A stretch of 64,000 nt of DNA from an uncultured Clostridium sp. (GTDB lineage Bacteria; Bacillota; Clostridia; TANB77; CAG-508). The position numbers and the translations under genes were made by a program. Positions 61,700-64,000 of the stretch are shown here, piece after piece. Positions within the stretch are counted from its first letter, which is position 1, and each line of letters opens with the position of its first letter. The notes under the pieces are model-generated. The model made no database searches. It saw only the letters and a list, made by a program, of their open reading frames with translations, and was not told the origin of the DNA. The DNA lies in the NCBI GenBank assembly GCA_900555615.1, contig USMB01000001.1, positions 470 through 64,469 on the forward strand. The letters are read 5' to 3'.

Positions 61700-62386
61700 A
61701 TGATAGAATTTAAGAACGTATGCAAAAAATATGGGACAGGTACAGAAGCAGTAAAAAATGCAAGTTTCAAGATCGACAAAGGAGAATTTGCATTTTTAGT
61801 AGGAACATCAGGAAGCGGAAAATCAACACTTATAAAACTAATACTAAAAGAAGAAGAACCAACATCTGGAAATATTATTATAAATGGAAAAGATACTACA
61901 TTTTTAAAGAAAAATAGAGTACCTTTCTTGCGTAGAAGCATGGGAGTAGTGTTTCAAGACTTTAGATTATTGCCAGATAAAACTGTATATGAAAATGTTG
62001 CATTTGCAATGTATATAGTAAAAGCAACTCCAAAGCATATTCGCAGACAAGTTCCGATGGTATTGTCTTTAGTTGGATTAAGTGGAAAAGCTAAAATGTA
62101 TCCAAATGAATTGTCAGGTGGAGAACAACAAAGAGTTGCATTAGCAAGAGCATTAGTAAATAATCCATCAATGATAATTGCAGATGAGCCTACAGGAAAT
62201 TTGGATCCAGACACTGCATGGGATATTATGAACTTGTTAAATGAAATAAACATGAGAGGAACAACTGTAGTAGTTGCAACACACGCTAAAGATATTGTAG
62301 ACCAAATGAAAAAAAGAGTTATACACATACATAAAGGCGTAATAGTAAAAGATGATAAAAAAGGTGGGTATGATTGTGAGATTTAA
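61700..62386 (+). CDS. ftsE: cell division ATP-binding protein FtsE
   Basis: Walker A GTSGSGKST, LSGGEQQR, IIADEPTGNLD; followed by ftsX. Confidence 0.93.
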   Translation: MIEFKNVCKKYGTGTEAVKNASFKIDKGEFAFLVGTSGSGKSTLIKLILKEEEPTSGNIIINGKDTTFLKKNRVPFLRRSMGVVFQDFRLLPDKTVYENVAFAMYIVKATPKHIRRQVPMVLSLVGLSGKAKMYPNELSGGEQQRVALARALVNNPSMIIADEPTGNLDPDTAWDIMNLLNEINMRGTTVVVATHAKDIVDQMKKRVIHIHKGVIVKDDKKGGYDCEI

Positions 62387-63269
62387 TGTAATAAACTATT
62401 TAATAGGAGAAGGTGTCAGAAACTTATTCAAAAACAAGAAATCAACAATGTCATCACTGATGATAATGTGTGCAACAATGCTAGTGTTTGGTTTGTTTTT
62501 TGTAATAGGTGAAAATATAAATGCATTTGTAGAAAATGTGGCAGAAGCGCAAGAAATAAGAGTAAACTTAAAGATAAACGCAACAGAAAGTGAAATTGAG
62601 GAAGTCGGAAATGAAATTCTTGCAATAGATGGAGTAAGAAATGCAGAATTTGTTTCAAAAGATGATGCAATAAAATATATGGAAGATTTACTTGGAAGTG
62701 ATGCAGTTGAGGAATACAAAGAAAGAAATATATTCCCAGTAGCATATAATGTAACACTAACAGATCTTTCATTAAATGATGAAGTACAAAATGAAATAAA
62801 ACAAATACCACAAGTAGATGATATTGTATCAAGTAACCAATTAATTGCACAAATTCTTAGATTAGCCAAAGGAGTAAAATATGTTACTGCAGGAATATTA
62901 GCATTACTAATAATTATTTCTGTATCTATAATATCAAATACAATAAAATTAACAGTTCATGCAAGAAGAAAAGAAATTTCAATTATGAAATATGTAGGAG
63001 CAACAAATAGTTTTATTAGATGGCCATTTTTGGTTGAAGGTATTATTATAGGAGTAATTGCAGGATTATTATCAGTAGGAATAGTAGGATTAGTGTATAT
63101 TGGAATTGCAAATCAATTATCAGCAACAGACTTTTTGGAGACAGTACATTGGAAACTATTAGACTTTAAAGATATGTTCAATTTAATTTTAATGGTATAT
63201 TTAGGATTAGGAATTGGAATTGGTGCGCTAGGAAGTGGAATTTCTATGAGAAAATATTTGGAAGTATAG
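62370..63269 (+). CDS. ftsX: cell division permease FtsX
   Basis: N-terminal GVRNLFKNK motif, one TM segment, periplasmic alpha/beta domain, three C-terminal TM segments; the start is the ATG at 62370 or the GTG at 62376 (better RBS spacing). Confidence 0.9.
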   Translation: MIVRFNVINYLIGEGVRNLFKNKKSTMSSLMIMCATMLVFGLFFVIGENINAFVENVAEAQEIRVNLKINATESEIEEVGNEILAIDGVRNAEFVSKDDAIKYMEDLLGSDAVEEYKERNIFPVAYNVTLTDLSLNDEVQNEIKQIPQVDDIVSSNQLIAQILRLAKGVKYVTAGILALLIIISVSIISNTIKLTVHARRKEISIMKYVGATNSFIRWPFLVEGIIIGVIAGLLSVGIVGLVYIGIANQLSATDFLETVHWKLLDFKDMFNLILMVYLGLGIGIGALGSGISMRKYLEV

Positions 63270-63288
63270 TACAGAAAGGATATGTTAA

Positions 63289-64000
63289 ATGCGCAAATGT
63301 ATAATAATATTAACAATTTTTGTTTTGATTAGTAGTATATGTATTTGCGTATCAGCAGAGGACATTAAAGACTTACAAGAAAAATCAAATACAATTACAG
63401 AATCATTGACAGAATCTAATAATAGGTTACAAGCAGTTCAGGGACAGCTATCTGAAAATATGCAACAATTACAAGAGTTAGATACTCAAATAGCACAATC
63501 ACAGGAAGAACTAAATGTAATAGATACACAGGTTGATGATTTATTAAAACAAACAGATGAAAATGAAACAAAATTAAAAAATACACAAGAGCAATATGAT
63601 AAAATTCAAGAACTTGTTGATTCTAGAATGTTAAAATTGTATGCTACGCCAAAGTTTCAGACTTTACAAATTTTATTAGAAGCAAAGAGTATCACAGATT
63701 TCTTATCAACTTATTATGCTATACAAGAAGTAACAAAAGCTGATAGGGGTTTAATGGAAACTGTAAAAAAGCAGAAGGCTGAAATTGAAACAACAAAGAA
63801 AATTTTAGCAGAAAAAAAGCAACAAATAATAACTAGTAAGCAATCACAACAAAAGAAAAAACAGGTATTGGCAAATACTAAAAAAATGCGTGAATATTAT
63901 ATAAGTAAATTATCAACAGAAGAACAGGAATTGCAATCACAAATAGATGAATATAATAGACAAGCATCAGAAATTGAAGCAGAAATAAAACTGTTGGCAT
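63289..64000 (+). CDS. secreted coiled-coil protein, probable PcsB/EnvC-like peptidoglycan hydrolase or activator (3' partial)
   Basis: My own translation from the ATG at 63289 is open to the window end: signal peptide MRKCIIILTIFVLISS, then a long Gln/Glu/Leu-rich coiled coil; position immediately after ftsEX. Confidence 0.65.
   Translation, partial: MRKCIIILTIFVLISSICICVSAEDIKDLQEKSNTITESLTESNNRLQAVQGQLSENMQQLQELDTQIAQSQEELNVIDTQVDDLLKQTDENETKLKNTQEQYDKIQELVDSRMLKLYATPKFQTLQILLEAKSITDFLSTYYAIQEVTKADRGLMETVKKQKAEIETTKKILAEKKQQIITSKQSQQKKKQVLANTKKMREYYISKLSTEEQELQSQIDEYNRQASEIEAEIKLLA

Overview
Low-GC (about 30 percent by eye) Firmicutes chromosome segment, probably from a Clostridia-like spore former (sspH-like and spoIIM are present). 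Almost all genes are housekeeping genes on the + strand: ssb-rpsR, nrdD, hrcA-grpE-dnaK-dnaJ with two CIRCE operators, trpS, obg, a P-type ATPase behind a yybP-ykoY Mn riboswitch, a tightly packed fab/acc fatty-acid operon, rqcH, T-box-controlled glyQS, glmM, ftsY, a UPF0182 protein, femX-alr, ftsH, an endoQ-like gene, spoIIM, xerD, an FtsX-type ABC exporter, and ftsEX followed by a 3'-partial coiled-coil protein. There are two tRNAs (Glu-CUC and Trp-CCA). Five things are not routine. (1) At 59.8-60.6 kb there is a type III toxin-antitoxin locus (CptIN/ToxIN-like): promoter, 2.1 tandem 48-nt repeats with compensatory covariation, an internal terminator, and a ToxN/AbiQ-like toxin broken by a frameshift near A-runs. 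(2) At 14.46-14.84 kb there is a stand-alone, GC-enriched, highly structured RNA gene of about 340 nt with its own promoter and terminator; I could not assign it to a class. (3) A dispersed palindromic repeat family (core GGGGTCGGTCC / GGACCGACCCC flanked by GYGAAAA motifs) sits directly against stop codons at six or more loci, including tandem right-arm-only variants. (4) An orphan TraG/VirD4-like coupling ATPase has no other conjugation genes nearby. (5) A compositionally foreign orphan gene lies at 39.2-39.5 kb. No CRISPR array, transposase or prophage was seen.
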